NCBI GenBank assembly: GCA_001303785.1 | Contig: LJUJ01000003.1 | Location: forward strand, 14,027-78,026 | DNA: 64,000 nt | Direction of reading: 5' to 3' | From: a candidate division WOR_3 bacterium SM23_42 | Lineage (GTDB): Bacteria; Hydrothermota; Tepidihabitantia; SM23-42 | Shown here: in pieces, positions 10,114 to 21,111 of the stretch | Numbering within the stretch: the stretch's first letter is position 1 | Layout of the letters: every line of letters starts with the position of its first letter | The notes under the pieces: model-generated | Seen by the model: the letters and a program-made list of their open reading frames with translations, nothing else | Told to the model about the DNA's origin: nothing | Databases searched by the model: none | Translations under genes and position numbers: made by a program

Positions 10114-12103
10114 ACTCCACACAAACTTCACCCCAAAGGGGGATCAACCTCAGGCGATCGACAACCTGGTCGCCGGTATCACGGGCGGCAATAAATTTCA
10201 AACATTATTGGGTGTCACCGGTTCCGGCAAGACATTCACCATTGCGAATGTGATCGAGCAAGTCCAAATGCCAACACTCATAATATCTCACAACAAGACA
10301 CTGGCCGCACAGCTGTACGGGGAATTCAAATCCTTCTTCGCGGAAAACGCCGTTGAGTATTTCATATCCTACTACGACTATTATCAGCCTGAGGCATATG
10401 TTCCGGCGAGCGATTTATATATTGAAAAGGATGCATCAATTAACGAAGAGATCGAGCGCCTGCGACTGCGTGCGTCATCTGCACTACTCACCAGACATGA
10501 CGTCATAATTGTAGCATCGGTATCCTGTATCTATAATATCGGCTCGCCCGATGAAGTGAAGGAACTCGTTGTCTTGTTGGAAAAGGGAAAAGAAAAGGGA
10601 CGTGATACAATACTCGATTCGCTCGTGTCGATACAGTATCAAAGAAACGATATTGATTTTACGCGCGGCACATTTCGTGTACGGGGTGACACTATTGATA
10701 TACATCCGGCGGATGAGCAATATGGTTTAAGAGTTGAGATGTTTGATGACCGCGTCGAGCGCATACAGATATTCGACCCGGTTTCTGGGCATGTGAATAA
10801 AGAACTAGACAATATTGTAATTTTCCCAGCCAAACACTTCATTACTACTAGACCCAGAATAGAAGAAGCCATAATAAATATCGAGAAAGAACTCAAAATC
10901 AGAACCGATGCACTAAAGAGTCAGAATAAATTGCTGGAGGCCCAGCGTTTACTGCAAAGGACGAAGTTCGACATCGAAATGTTATTAGAACTGGGCTATT
11001 GCCCGGGTATCGAGAATTATTCTATGCATCTCTCGGGACGGCAACCTGGAGAAAGACCATTCTGTCTCATTGACTATTTCCCAAAAGAATTTTTGCTCAT
11101 CGTTGACGAGTCACACGTGACCATACCGCAAATCAACGGCATGTATGAAGGCGATCACTCGCGTAAGGTGACATTGGTAGAGCACGGGTTCAGACTGCCT
11201 TCTGCATTGGAAAATAGGCCACTGAAATTCATGGAATTCGAGTCCTTGATCAATCAGGCAATCTGTATCTCGGCAACGCCGGCAGACTGGGAAATTGCGA
11301 AATCAAAGCACCGTATTGTGGAACAGATCGTGCGGCCCACTGGTATAGTTGACCCCAAGGTCACTATTAAACCTGCCAAAAACCAAGTCGATGATTTGAT
11401 TGATGAAATACAGAAAAGGGTAGCCGACCAGGAAAGAGTACTGGTCACCACTCTCACCAAGAGAATGGCTGAAGACCTCACCGAGTACCTACATGAAATA
11501 GGCATCAGAGTGAGGTATATGCACTCAGAAATCGACGCAATACAACGGGTGGAGATCCTACGCGGGCTCAGACTCGGTGAATTTGATGTATTAGTTGGAA
11601 TCAATCTACTGCGCGAAGGTTTGGATCTGCCCGAGGTCGCTCTCGTCGCCATTCTCGACGCAGACCGTGAAGGATTTCTGCGCAGCGAGCGTTCACTCAT
11701 ACAGACATCAGGCCGCGCTGCACGGAACGTACGGAGCGAGGTAATAATGTATGCGGACGAGATGACGGATTCGATGCTTAACGCCATCACGGAGATGGAA
11801 CGGCGCAGGAACAAACAAATCAAGTATAACCAAGAGCATAATATTACCCCGAAGAGCATAATCAAGAGTCAAGATGAAATAATGAAAGCAACGTCGGTGG
11901 CGGACCGTATTTCACGGGAAAAACGTAAAGAAGAAGTAAGCGTGGAAGAGATCGCCAGGCTGCACAAGGAAATGGCTGAGGCGGTTTCGCTTCTTGAATT
12001 CGAGCAGGCAGCTGAAATACGGGATAAGATAAAAGCAATAAAACGGAAATTGTTAATGAATGAGGGGAGGAAACATAAAAACGGAGTATCAAAAAAAAGA
12101 TAA
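10103..12103 (+). CDS. uvrB: Excinuclease ABC subunit B (UvrB)
   Basis: F.P.GDQPQAI..L at the N-terminus, Walker A GVTGSGKT, and a C-terminal UvrB/UvrC interaction coiled-coil ([12 protein letters not shown]). GTG start at 10103 overlaps the amylase stop. Confidence 0.95.
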   Translation: MRFKLHTNFTPKGDQPQAIDNLVAGITGGNKFQTLLGVTGSGKTFTIANVIEQVQMPTLIISHNKTLAAQLYGEFKSFFAENAVEYFISYYDYYQPEAYVPASDLYIEKDASINEEIERLRLRASSALLTRHDVIIVASVSCIYNIGSPDEVKELVVLLEKGKEKGRDTILDSLVSIQYQRNDIDFTRGTFRVRGDTIDIHPADEQYGLRVEMFDDRVERIQIFDPVSGHVNKELDNIVIFPAKHFITTRPRIEEAIINIEKELKIRTDALKSQNKLLEAQRLLQRTKFDIEMLLELGYCPGIENYSMHLSGRQPGERPFCLIDYFPKEFLLIVDESHVTIPQINGMYEGDHSRKVTLVEHGFRLPSALENRPLKFMEFESLINQAICISATPADWEIAKSKHRIVEQIVRPTGIVDPKVTIKPAKNQVDDLIDEIQKRVADQERVLVTTLTKRMAEDLTEYLHEIGIRVRYMHSEIDAIQRVEILRGLRLGEFDVLVGINLLREGLDLPEVALVAILDADREGFLRSERSLIQTSGRAARNVRSEVIMYADEMTDSMLNAITEMERRRNKQIKYNQEHNITPKSIIKSQDEIMKATSVADRISREKRKEEVSVEEIARLHKEMAEAVSLLEFEQAAEIRDKIKAIKRKLLMNEGRKHKNGVSKKR

Positions 12104-12956
12104 ACAGACCAGAAAGTTTCTGAAGATCGTGAAGGCGGCCTTAAAAGAAGACATCGGCCGTGGTGACATTACAACGGAGGCTGTTGTTTCGAAAGAAGAC
12201 AGAGCGCTAGGCGTGATATTCGCTAAGGAAGAGGGCGTGTTGTGTGGCGTTGACATCGCACAAATGGTGTTCGAGCAGCTCGATGATACTGTCGATTTTC
12301 AGAAACAACTCGACGATGGCAGTGCACTTTCCCCTGGGGTAACAATCGCCATTATCATCGGTAAGGCCTCGACCTGTCTCAAAGGCGAGAGAACCGCCCT
12401 CAATTTTCTGCAGCATCTGAGTGGAATCGCAACACTTACCAGGCAATTTACCGAAGGCGCAAAAGGAAGCATAAAGTTCTTAGATACCAGAAAAACTATA
12501 CCCGGGCTAAGAATCATGGAGAAATATGCGGTACGTGTCGGCGGTGGCTTCAACCATCGTTTCGGGCTTTACGATATGGTCATGATCAAGGACAATCACA
12601 TTCAGATCGCCGGCAGCATAACCGAAGCCGTGAACAGAGTGCGAAAGAGCAGACCAAAGGCATTCATTGAAGTTGAAGTAAAAACGCACGAAGAACTGAG
12701 GGAAGCCATCGCGCTGAAGATCAACCGGGTTATGCTCGACAACATGACACGGAATCAGATAATTCAAGCAGTCGATCAGACACGAACCACTGAGGATAGT
12801 ATCGAGATCGAAATAAGTGGTAGTATCAAGCTTGATAACATCGAACAATACGTCGACTGTGGAGCCGACTTCGTTTCCATCGGGGCACTCACCCACTCGG
12901 CAAAGGCTTTGGACATTGCCCTAAAGATGAAACTATTGGCTCCTAAGAGCACTTGA
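12060..12956 (+). CDS. nadC: Nicotinate-nucleotide pyrophosphorylase [carboxylating] (quinolinate phosphoribosyltransferase)
   Basis: [16 protein letters not shown]-terminal motif and overall NadC pattern. The true start may be the GTG near 12127 rather than the ATG at 12060, which overlaps uvrB. Confidence 0.85.
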   Translation: MRGGNIKTEYQKKDKQTRKFLKIVKAALKEDIGRGDITTEAVVSKEDRALGVIFAKEEGVLCGVDIAQMVFEQLDDTVDFQKQLDDGSALSPGVTIAIIIGKASTCLKGERTALNFLQHLSGIATLTRQFTEGAKGSIKFLDTRKTIPGLRIMEKYAVRVGGGFNHRFGLYDMVMIKDNHIQIAGSITEAVNRVRKSRPKAFIEVEVKTHEELREAIALKINRVMLDNMTRNQIIQAVDQTRTTEDSIEIEISGSIKLDNIEQYVDCGADFVSIGALTHSAKALDIALKMKLLAPKST

Positions 12957-14227
12957 ACAGCGACCCCCAGGTTTTTCTACACTCTTTAGTCGATTACGAA
13001 AAGACTAATGGCTATGACTATGATCTTGATGCTTACAAGTGTTTTCTCGAAAATCTCAACGCACCCCACAAGAAACTAACCAATGTAATATTAATTGGCG
13101 GCACTAAAGGCAAAGGATCGACTGCCGCGATAATAAATGCCTGTCTTATTAGTGCCGGCTATAAGGTTGGGCTATATACATCCCCGCATCTGAAAACATT
13201 GCACGAAAGAATAAAAGTTAACGATAAAGAAATCACGAACCGCGAACTAAATGTCTATATTGGTATGATAAAACCTTTGATTGAATCAGGAAAAGGTGCG
13301 CACAGTTTCTTTGAAGCTCTTACCACAATCGCCCTCATGCATTTTCTTCGTACACAGACTGATTTTGCCATCTTAGAGGTCGGCCTGGGTGGCCGACTCG
13401 ACGCCACCAACGCTGCAAATCCACTAATGTCGGTCATAACAAGAATCGGTTATGACCACACCAATCTGCTGGGTACACGGTTGTCACAAATCGCCCGCGA
13501 AAAGGCCGGCATCATCCGAAAGGACGGCAGACTAATCACCATACATCAACGGCCGGCGGTCGAGAAGACTATCAGAGCAATCGTAAGAAAAAAAGGAAGC
13601 AGCATCATCTATGCTGATGACCAACATGACCTCGACGTGGTGAATCAATCTCTGATTGGCAGCAGTTTAATCGTCGCCGGCACGATAGGAGAATTCGAAA
13701 CGTTCTTACCCCTGGCCGGAGCGCATCAAATCGAGAACCTCATGCTGGTTCTGGCTGCATTGAGTGAATTGCGAAAGCTGAACTTTGCTCTCCGGAATCA
13801 TCAGATAGCAGAGGGTATTAAGAAAACCAAACTCCACGGAAGATTCGAGGTCGTTTCAGAAGATCCACTCGTTATTTTTGATTGTGCACACAATGAAGAT
13901 TCATTTCAAGCCCTGGAGAAAAATTTAGATGCCTTTGAAATTAAGGATTTCTCCCTAATATTTGGCACTAACCACGATAAAGACATAGGATACTGTCTCA
14001 AACACATATTCCCAAGAGCACGGCACGTGTTCCTGGTCCGGGCTGATAATCCGAGAGCGCTACATCCTCATGAATTATTTGGGCAAGCGCGGAAATATCA
14101 GAAGAACGTTTCGACAAATAATTCAGTAGTAGATGCAATCAGGATAGCCACAAAGAATGTCAACGGGGAACAGGCGGTAATCATCACAGGTTCTTTTTAT
14201 CTCTGGCAAGATGAATGGCAGGTGTGA
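12953..14227 (+). CDS. folC: Bifunctional folylpolyglutamate synthase/dihydrofolate synthase (Mur ligase family)
   Basis: Mur-ligase P-loop IGGTKGKGST, about 424 aa, overall FolC pattern. Start overlaps the nadC stop (ATGA). Confidence 0.8.
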   Translation: MNSDPQVFLHSLVDYEKTNGYDYDLDAYKCFLENLNAPHKKLTNVILIGGTKGKGSTAAIINACLISAGYKVGLYTSPHLKTLHERIKVNDKEITNRELNVYIGMIKPLIESGKGAHSFFEALTTIALMHFLRTQTDFAILEVGLGGRLDATNAANPLMSVITRIGYDHTNLLGTRLSQIAREKAGIIRKDGRLITIHQRPAVEKTIRAIVRKKGSSIIYADDQHDLDVVNQSLIGSSLIVAGTIGEFETFLPLAGAHQIENLMLVLAALSELRKLNFALRNHQIAEGIKKTKLHGRFEVVSEDPLVIFDCAHNEDSFQALEKNLDAFEIKDFSLIFGTNHDKDIGYCLKHIFPRARHVFLVRADNPRALHPHELFGQARKYQKNVSTNNSVVDAIRIATKNVNGEQAVIITGSFYLWQDEWQV

Positions 14228-14247
14228 TATCTACGATTATTTTGTAG

Positions 14248-14538
14248 TTACTGCAAATCTTTTTTTATCTTTTCATATTCTTGCTTTGTGATTTCCCCTT
14301 TGGCATAGCGCTTTTTCAGAATATCGAGCGCAGTCTCTTCGCCGCCGTGCTTCATCAATTTATCTCCACGCAAGACAAAGTATATTATAATACCAATCAG
14401 CACTAGGAATATCAGCCACATAAAAGCACCTCCATAGCCCCAAAACCCGTGTCCCCAATCCATCATGTGCCATCCTCTCGGATAATAACAAGAGGATAAA
14501 GTCAGAGTCAACAACAGGAGTAGTGTAAAAAATCTCAT
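14248..14538 (-). CDS. SHOCT-domain membrane protein
   Basis: TM segments followed by a C-terminal ILKKRYAKGEITKQEYEKIKKDL (SHOCT short C-terminal domain). Confidence 0.6.
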   Translation of the reverse strand: MRFFTLLLLLTLTLSSCYYPRGWHMMDWGHGFWGYGGAFMWLIFLVLIGIIIYFVLRGDKLMKHGGEETALDILKKRYAKGEITKQEYEKIKKDLQ

Positions 14539-14548
14539 AATACCCTCC

Positions 14549-14932
14549 TCAAATATTATCGAAAGTCCTCTTCAACTTTGCCTCAACCTCACTTGCCAAA
14601 CCCTCCAATGCCTCATTCTCCACCGATGACATTGCTGCCGTGGGTTTCATGATCCCAACCCACACCTTGTTGTTCTTTTCATAGACAATGACATTACAGG
14701 GTAGCAAAAGTCCAATATTCCATTCAGTAGAAATCGCTTTATGCGCCAGCTTAGGATTGCAGGCTCCGAGAATCATGTATTTGGGAAAATCTATGTCCAG
14801 TTTTTCCTTGAATTTGGCTTGGGCATCGATTGTCGTCAGTATTTTGAATCCCTCTTTCTGAAGTTCCTGTTCCACCTTTTGCATTGCTTCATCGAATAGC
14901 AAATCGGTTTCCTTGACAAAACCATAATTCAC
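14549..14932 (-). CDS. DUF302 domain protein
   Basis: About 127 aa; pattern ...FKILTTIDAQAKFKEKLDIDFPKYMILGACNP... is typical of DUF302. It commonly sits in metal-resistance loci. Confidence 0.65.
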   Translation of the reverse strand: MNYGFVKETDLLFDEAMQKVEQELQKEGFKILTTIDAQAKFKEKLDIDFPKYMILGACNPKLAHKAISTEWNIGLLLPCNVIVYEKNNKVWVGIMKPTAAMSSVENEALEGLASEVEAKLKRTFDNI

Positions 14933-15034
14933 GATTACCTCCTAGACAATTATAAGACATGGAACTTGTATGTCAATAATCCGGTGCATTAAATCATGCG
15001 CAGCCAGTTGTCCTTACTTTACTGCGTGTTATTG

Positions 15035-18000
15035 CTATTTTGGCACCTGTTTTTCTTTAATCCATGAATAAAATAATGGAACGAGTATGAGATTGGCAAG
15101 GGTTGCGCTTATGAGACCGCCGATTACGGGTGATGCCATAGGCTTGATCACCTCAGAACCTGCCGAGGTGAAGAACATGATCGGCGTGAGTGCGAGTACT
15201 GTGGTGAGCACCGTCATCATTATCGGTCTGACTCGCAGCAATCCGCCGCGCGCGACCATTTCCCGCACTTCGCCAACATCTTTGGGTTTCTTTTCTTTGA
15301 AAATGCTCCTGAAGACAGATATCAGAACAACCGCGTTGTCCGTGGCAACACCAAATAATGCGATGAAGCCAACCCACACCGCAGTCGAAAATTTAAACCC
15401 CAGCAAATACAACGGAATGATCCCGCCAACCATCGAAAAAGGTAATCCCAATGCAATGATGAGGACCGATGGTATATCCCTAAAAGCAAAATATAGCAGG
15501 AGCAGTATCACGGCCAGGCAAATCGGTAATACAACTGCCAATCTACTTCTTGCCTCGACTTCGGATTCAAACTGGCCACTCCATGTTATGTAGTATCCCG
15601 GCGGTATCTGCAACTCGCCCAATGTGATTCTTTCATCTACTACTATCTGTGCTATTCGCACGAAATCAACTAAACCCATAACTTCCTGATTCACATTTAT
15701 GAAAACCCTGAAATAAGGCATCGTGTTTTCAGATTGAATCATTGCCGGGCCGAGCGTCTTGTTAAACCGTACGAGAAGACTCAACGGAACTTGCCCACCA
15801 TCCGGGGTCGGAATGAAAAGACGACCTAAGGCCTCTGGGCTATCCCGAAAATCCCGCATATAGCGTACACGTACTGGATAGCGTTCCCTACCTTCGACTG
15901 TCTGGGTAATGTTCATGCCACCAATGGCCATAGAGATAATATCCTGCACCGTGCCTAGATGAAGGCCGTGGCGCGCAATCTGATTGCGGTCGATCTCTAT
16001 CTCGAAATACGGACGGCTTCCAATACGCTCTGCGTATACGCTTGATACACCTTTCAATTGTACAACAATCTCCTCGAGTCCAGTTGCTATGCGCTCTATT
16101 TGTTTCGGGTCGGGTCCAAACACCTTTATTCCGACCGGGGTCTGAATCCCAGTGGCGAGCATGTCGATTCGATTACGAATCGGTTGCGTCATGATCGGGC
16201 TGACACCCGGGATCTTCGTCTTTTCCTGTATCTGGTTGATCAGCTTGTCTCGTGTCATTCCTCTACGCCACTGATTCTTCGGTTTCAGATGAATGATAGT
16301 CTCAATCATGGTTACCGGTGCAGGGTCAGTAGATGTTTCTGCACGGCCGAGCTTTCCGACCACCCACTCGACTTCATCAGGGAACTCGTTCTTGATGATA
16401 CGGTCCTGTTTCTGCATGATATCCATGACCTGGGAAAGCGAAGCACCTGGTAGCAATACCGGCATGAAAAGCAAGTCGCCTTCATTCAAGGGTGGCATGA
16501 ACTCCTGTTTGACAAAAAAAGATGTACTCAGTCCTGCAGCCAAAAACGCAATAAAGACGATAACAACAATACGTTTGTGGTTCAGTGACCATCTTATGAC
16601 CGGATAATAGGTCTTTCTCAAGAATCTCGAGACAATATTCTCGTCGGGCAGGCGCAAGCGGCCTCGAATCAGATAGTAAGCAAGGGTCGGTAACAGGCAA
16701 ACGGCTATGAGCGCCGCACCGACCATAGCAAAGGTCTTCGTGTATGCTAGTGGTCTGAACAATCGACCTGCCTGGCCAGTCAATACAAAAACTGGAACAA
16801 ATCCGATTATTGTCGTCAGAAGCGCAAAGAATACGGGACGGCCAACCTGTTTTGCACCATCAATACAAATCTCCAAGCGTGCACTTGTAGAGAGATTCCC
16901 ACGCTGCTGATTTTCAGCAATCTTGCGATATATATTCTCAACCAGCACCGACCCTGCATCGACCATCACGCCGATTGCTATCGCAATCCCACCCAAAGAC
17001 ATTATATTGGCATCGATACCAAAAACTCGCATTAAGATAAACGATATTAAGACTCCAATCGGCAACACAATCGAAATGATCATACCACCGAAGAAGTGTA
17101 ATAGAAAAATGATGATAACGAAAATTGTAATCAGAATTTCCTGGGTCAATGCATCTCTCAGGGTATTTACGGCGCGGTTAATCAAATCGGTGCGATCATA
17201 AAAAGACACAATCCTCACGCCGGAGGGCAAGCCAACCGCCAATTCCTCAATCTTCTCCTTCACCCCCTGGATCACCCTCAATGGATTCTCACCATGGCGC
17301 ATGACCACCACAGCACCAGTCACTTCGGTGCCTGCCTTGTCTAATGCGCCCCGCCTAAAATCAGGGCCGACGGTGACGCTACCGATATCGCTTATATAAA
17401 CGGGTACACCGTCCTGCGCAGCAACAACGATATTCTCAATGTCTTCAATTTTTTTTATGAATCCCACGCCTCGAATGATGAATTCAATGCTTCCCTCTTC
17501 GAAAGTCTTTGCTCCAACGTCGATATTGGATCTTTTGACCGCGCTCAGCACGTCGGTTACCTTGACACCATAATGTACCATCCTATAGGGGTCGATATCT
17601 ATCTGATACTGCTTTACATAACCACCAACTGATGCGACTTCTGAAACACCAATCACCGCATTGAGCTGGTAGCGCACATACCAGTCTTGAATACTACGTA
17701 ACTGGCCCAAATCATAAGTTGAAGGTATTAGCTCATTACCGTCAGTAGGACAGCTACCCGGTTCTGGATATGACTGCTGTGGGTGGTTCTGGCAGAAGAA
17801 GCCGTTTTCCACAGTATACCAGAATATTTGACCTACCGCGGTAACATCAGGGCCAAGCGTGACTTGAGCATCGGACGGCAAATCACTGGTAGCAAAATTC
17901 AATCTCTCAAGCACCCTGGTTCTTGCCCAATAGTAATCAACGCCTTCCTTGAATATGAGGTTTACCAGACCAAAACCGAAAGCCGAAGTTGATCGTATGG

Positions 18001-18313
18001 TCTGTATGCCTGGCGTGCCCATCAGTTTAGTGGTCAAGGGGTAGAGAATCTGGTCCTCGATATCTTTGGGACTGCGCCCGGGCCAATCTGCATAAACGAT
18101 GACCTGTAGATCACCGATGTCTGGGATGGCATCAATTGGAGTATTGCGTACTGCGAAGATACCCAACATGATCACCAGAACAGCCCCGGTGATAACCAGG
18201 AACCTGTTTCTCAAACAGATTTCAATAACTTTTTCGATCATCCGTTTCTCAGTATTAACGCCGATGGCCAACCGGCGCCGCTTCTTTTTCCTGGACGCCC
18301 AGAGCACCACCAT
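15035..18313 (-). CDS. cusA: Heavy-metal efflux RND permease, CusA/CzcA family
   Basis: About 1090 aa with 12-TM RND architecture. CusA-like motifs and a conserved methionine-rich periplasmic cleft region. Confidence 0.95.
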   Translation of the reverse strand: MVVLWASRKKKRRRLAIGVNTEKRMIEKVIEICLRNRFLVITGAVLVIMLGIFAVRNTPIDAIPDIGDLQVIVYADWPGRSPKDIEDQILYPLTTKLMGTPGIQTIRSTSAFGFGLVNLIFKEGVDYYWARTRVLERLNFATSDLPSDAQVTLGPDVTAVGQIFWYTVENGFFCQNHPQQSYPEPGSCPTDGNELIPSTYDLGQLRSIQDWYVRYQLNAVIGVSEVASVGGYVKQYQIDIDPYRMVHYGVKVTDVLSAVKRSNIDVGAKTFEEGSIEFIIRGVGFIKKIEDIENIVVAAQDGVPVYISDIGSVTVGPDFRRGALDKAGTEVTGAVVVMRHGENPLRVIQGVKEKIEELAVGLPSGVRIVSFYDRTDLINRAVNTLRDALTQEILITIFVIIIFLLHFFGGMIISIVLPIGVLISFILMRVFGIDANIMSLGGIAIAIGVMVDAGSVLVENIYRKIAENQQRGNLSTSARLEICIDGAKQVGRPVFFALLTTIIGFVPVFVLTGQAGRLFRPLAYTKTFAMVGAALIAVCLLPTLAYYLIRGRLRLPDENIVSRFLRKTYYPVIRWSLNHKRIVVIVFIAFLAAGLSTSFFVKQEFMPPLNEGDLLFMPVLLPGASLSQVMDIMQKQDRIIKNEFPDEVEWVVGKLGRAETSTDPAPVTMIETIIHLKPKNQWRRGMTRDKLINQIQEKTKIPGVSPIMTQPIRNRIDMLATGIQTPVGIKVFGPDPKQIERIATGLEEIVVQLKGVSSVYAERIGSRPYFEIEIDRNQIARHGLHLGTVQDIISMAIGGMNITQTVEGRERYPVRVRYMRDFRDSPEALGRLFIPTPDGGQVPLSLLVRFNKTLGPAMIQSENTMPYFRVFINVNQEVMGLVDFVRIAQIVVDERITLGELQIPPGYYITWSGQFESEVEARSRLAVVLPICLAVILLLLYFAFRDIPSVLIIALGLPFSMVGGIIPLYLLGFKFSTAVWVGFIALFGVATDNAVVLISVFRSIFKEKKPKDVGEVREMVARGGLLRVRPIMMTVLTTVLALTPIMFFTSAGSEVIKPMASPVIGGLISATLANLILVPLFYSWIKEKQVPK

Positions 18314-19580
18314 AACCTATTGCGGCCACTCCGGCCAAATTACTCTCGGAATCAATTAAGAAGTTCCCATTAATCACCACCATCTCATTTTCGAACAACC
18401 CCTCCAGCACTGGGTAGTAACGGGTGCCGGTCTCATCTCCGTGCGCATAGCCCTCAGGTCCCAGCTTTACTACACGCGGCTGAAACTTATCATCACCAAT
18501 AGCCACCCAGACAATCTGTCGATTTCCCATATCGAGCACCGCATCTTTGGGAATCGTAATAACCATACTCGTGCCCGTTATACTGCGCACTTCATAAGGT
18601 GCTATTATCTTGGCTTCGATGAACATTCCTGGTTTCAATTTTGGTTCCATATTATTCAACCGTATCCGCGCCTTGACCGACCGTGTCTGCGAATCAAGAA
18701 TCGGACTAATAGATACAACCCTGCCTTTAAAGTTCTCACCCGGATACGCACTCGATGTTGCGATAACGTCCTGACCCCTATTGACCCAGCCCATGTCTGG
18801 TTCATAGATGTCGGCATAGATCCAGTTCCGTCCTTCAGGCATTATCAGTGATCTCTCAGGCTTCCTTGTTTGCCTCAAATGCCTTACTTCCGCGGCATCC
18901 ATTCCCAGCAGCCTTAGTTTGTATTCCGAACGTTGAATAAGCTGGGTAGCCCGCTCCTGTGCTGTCAGGCCATCACCATCAATCATATCGCTCATCTGAA
19001 GCGCATTGACGTATTCCTCCTGCGCCGTCACCAGTTCAGGATCATAGGCCACTGTTCCCACTGCCATTATTTCTTTATGCACGTGACGCCTCGTGGCGGG
19101 CACCGTTTCGATACCCGCGAGCTCTATATCCTGTGCGCTGAGGTGCAGTGCGTTTTCTGATTCACTTCCCTCATAAACTGGGATTAAAGACATACCACAA
19201 ATGGGGCAATTACCCTCTTCATCCGACTTCACTTCCGGGTGCATCGAACATGTCCAGTATTGTATCTCAGAATCTTTGCCGGTTTCGTTCTCCATCGACT
19301 GCTCTTTTTGCTGCATCAGCATGATATATTTTTCCGGATCTTTCATGAACTCAGTATCGCAACCCGGACAGCACATGTAATACTCTTGACCCTTATATCG
19401 AACAACAGGAGTGGATTCGTGAATAGTAAACTCATCACCGGTCACTGGACAAATCGCTTCGGAACCGATCAGTTCCTGATCTAGCTGAACTTTTGCCGCC
19501 TTTTCTCCACAAGAGAATACTACTAGCGAAGTCAACAATAAGAAAAAGACGACGATTGATATTCTAATGTCTGCAGACAT
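18255..19580 (-). CDS. cusB: RND efflux periplasmic adaptor (CusB/CzcB family) with N-terminal heavy-metal-binding domains
   Basis: N-terminal YHS/TRASH-like CPVTGDEF...YYMCCPGCD and a WTCSMHPEV...CPICGM metal-binding module, followed by membrane-fusion-protein beta-barrel/lipoyl regions. Confidence 0.85.
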   Translation of the reverse strand: MSADIRISIVVFFLLLTSLVVFSCGEKAAKVQLDQELIGSEAICPVTGDEFTIHESTPVVRYKGQEYYMCCPGCDTEFMKDPEKYIMLMQQKEQSMENETGKDSEIQYWTCSMHPEVKSDEEGNCPICGMSLIPVYEGSESENALHLSAQDIELAGIETVPATRRHVHKEIMAVGTVAYDPELVTAQEEYVNALQMSDMIDGDGLTAQERATQLIQRSEYKLRLLGMDAAEVRHLRQTRKPERSLIMPEGRNWIYADIYEPDMGWVNRGQDVIATSSAYPGENFKGRVVSISPILDSQTRSVKARIRLNNMEPKLKPGMFIEAKIIAPYEVRSITGTSMVITIPKDAVLDMGNRQIVWVAIGDDKFQPRVVKLGPEGYAHGDETGTRYYPVLEGLFENEMVVINGNFLIDSESNLAGVAAIGYGGALGVQEKEAAPVGHRR

Positions 19581-19589
19581 AATACCTCC

Positions 19590-20801
19590 TTATTTCTGAT
19601 TATCAAAGCCGACAGCTTCCTCTAGGTCGGCTACGGCCATGAATAGGTCTACTCGCGCCTGTTCGTATTCGAACTCGGTCTGGACTAACAATTTCTCACT
19701 CTCGAGTAGGCTTTGAAATTCTATCTTGTTCACCTCATATGAAGCAAGCGCGGACTTCACTCCGGCCTCGGCTTGCGGCAAGATTGAATTTTTGTACAAC
19801 TCCACTACATGCTGAAACTTTTCGACTCGCGTCTTCGCATCCTTTACTGCCAGCAGAAGATTATTTGCCATCGCCTGATAATTAGCAGATGCTTTCAGTA
19901 ATTTAGCCTCGGCTTCCCTGACAAACTCACGCTGTTTTGCCCAAAACCAGATAGGGAGGGTAATGCCGATCATATACTTGTTGCTGTACGCATCATTGTC
20001 CATTTTTTCCAGTGTATATCTGAACGCAAAATCTGGCAGGTATGTCTGGCGGGCCATCGACAACACGACCTCTGCTTTCCTACGCTGTAATTCATAAACC
20101 TTTAACAATGGCTGGTTTTCCTGAGCCAGCGCATACAACGTGGCTAATCCTAAGCTATCGGTAGTTGTCTCGAGCCGGAGAGGTCTGCCCACTTTCACTT
20201 CAAGATCACGGTTGAGCAAGACGTTGACTTTAGCTTCAGTTATATTCAAGTCATCTCGTAATACTACCAGTCGATTTTCAGACCGGGCCAGTTCCACCTG
20301 TGCTCTGAGCACCTCGGCCTGAGAAGCCTCACCAATTGAGTATTTATATACTGTGATGCTGTGTATCTGCTTGAGAAAAACAATTGATTTTTCTAGCGCG
20401 GCGATGTTTCTAGAAAGCAAGAATAGTTCTGCATAGGCTTTTTTCACATCCCTTATGATCTGTTGGATCCTGCTCACGTACAAATTACGATATTGATTGG
20501 TCTCGTTGCGGGCGACATGAGATAGGCTGGCGATTTTTGAGGGAAACGGTACCGGCAAGGTCAAGCTGTACATTCTCTTACTCTCACTGAACTCCGCAGC
20601 AATAGTGGGATCAGCCAAATGTCGAGCCCACGATGTGGTCGCACGGATAGCTTCATAATCGGCCTTGATCGCCTGCAATTCTGGATTGTTCGCCTTTGCC
20701 TCTTCAATCAACTCATCAAGGCGTAGCTCCTGGTCAGCATCTGCACGGCTCCAAACAGGCAAAGAAAAGAATAACAAAAACGCTAACAATAATCGCTTCA
20801 T
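19590..20801 (-). CDS. cusC: Outer membrane efflux protein (TolC/CusC family)
   Basis: Signal peptide; two-repeat coiled-coil/beta-barrel TolC-like organisation; about 400 aa; immediately upstream of cusBA. Confidence 0.85.
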   Translation of the reverse strand: MKRLLLAFLLFFSLPVWSRADADQELRLDELIEEAKANNPELQAIKADYEAIRATTSWARHLADPTIAAEFSESKRMYSLTLPVPFPSKIASLSHVARNETNQYRNLYVSRIQQIIRDVKKAYAELFLLSRNIAALEKSIVFLKQIHSITVYKYSIGEASQAEVLRAQVELARSENRLVVLRDDLNITEAKVNVLLNRDLEVKVGRPLRLETTTDSLGLATLYALAQENQPLLKVYELQRRKAEVVLSMARQTYLPDFAFRYTLEKMDNDAYSNKYMIGITLPIWFWAKQREFVREAEAKLLKASANYQAMANNLLLAVKDAKTRVEKFQHVVELYKNSILPQAEAGVKSALASYEVNKIEFQSLLESEKLLVQTEFEYEQARVDLFMAVADLEEAVGFDNQK

Positions 20802-21111
20802 TTTATGAATAGACGGATTACATAACGGTAAGTTACGTAATGACCGGATCAGTAGCGTTATATGAAGAAAACCGGCGACTGCCTACAGTGCAGATTAAGT
20901 TTCTCTGCTCACGGCAGACGCCGGTTGGGAGGAACCAATAAAGCATCTCCTATGCTTTGATGTCCCTTTTGGTTCTCAAATCTATTGACGGTTCATCGTT
21001 AAAAAAGTTACGACACCGAATCGTCCGCGCGCTCGGAATCAACTTTCTTAACCTGACTGACGGATCGTGTGTAAAAGTTTTGCGGTATATCTTCTCTTGA
21101 GTTAATTCGTA

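Noticed and set aside
11254-11865. 203-aa minus-strand ORF inside uvrB; and S/P-rich + strand ORFs 7375..8145 inside hslU
   Set aside because: Antisense to strongly conserved housekeeping CDSs. Compositionally biased (Ser/Arg/Pro-rich) as expected for reverse frames. No start-site signals.
15087-17201. Several 70-170-aa ORFs on the + strand inside the cusA region (e.g. 15087..15593, 16058..16453, 16923..17201)
   Set aside because: All are antisense to the well-supported 1092-aa CusA CDS, have low-complexity composition and no recognisable motifs. They are shadow ORFs.
20833-20840. Perfect 8-bp palindrome TTACGTAA upstream of cusC as a possible operator
   Set aside because: Flanks are not palindromic (the inverted repeat does not extend), and an 8-bp perfect palindrome is expected by chance hundreds of times in 64 kb. 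Not enough to call an operator.
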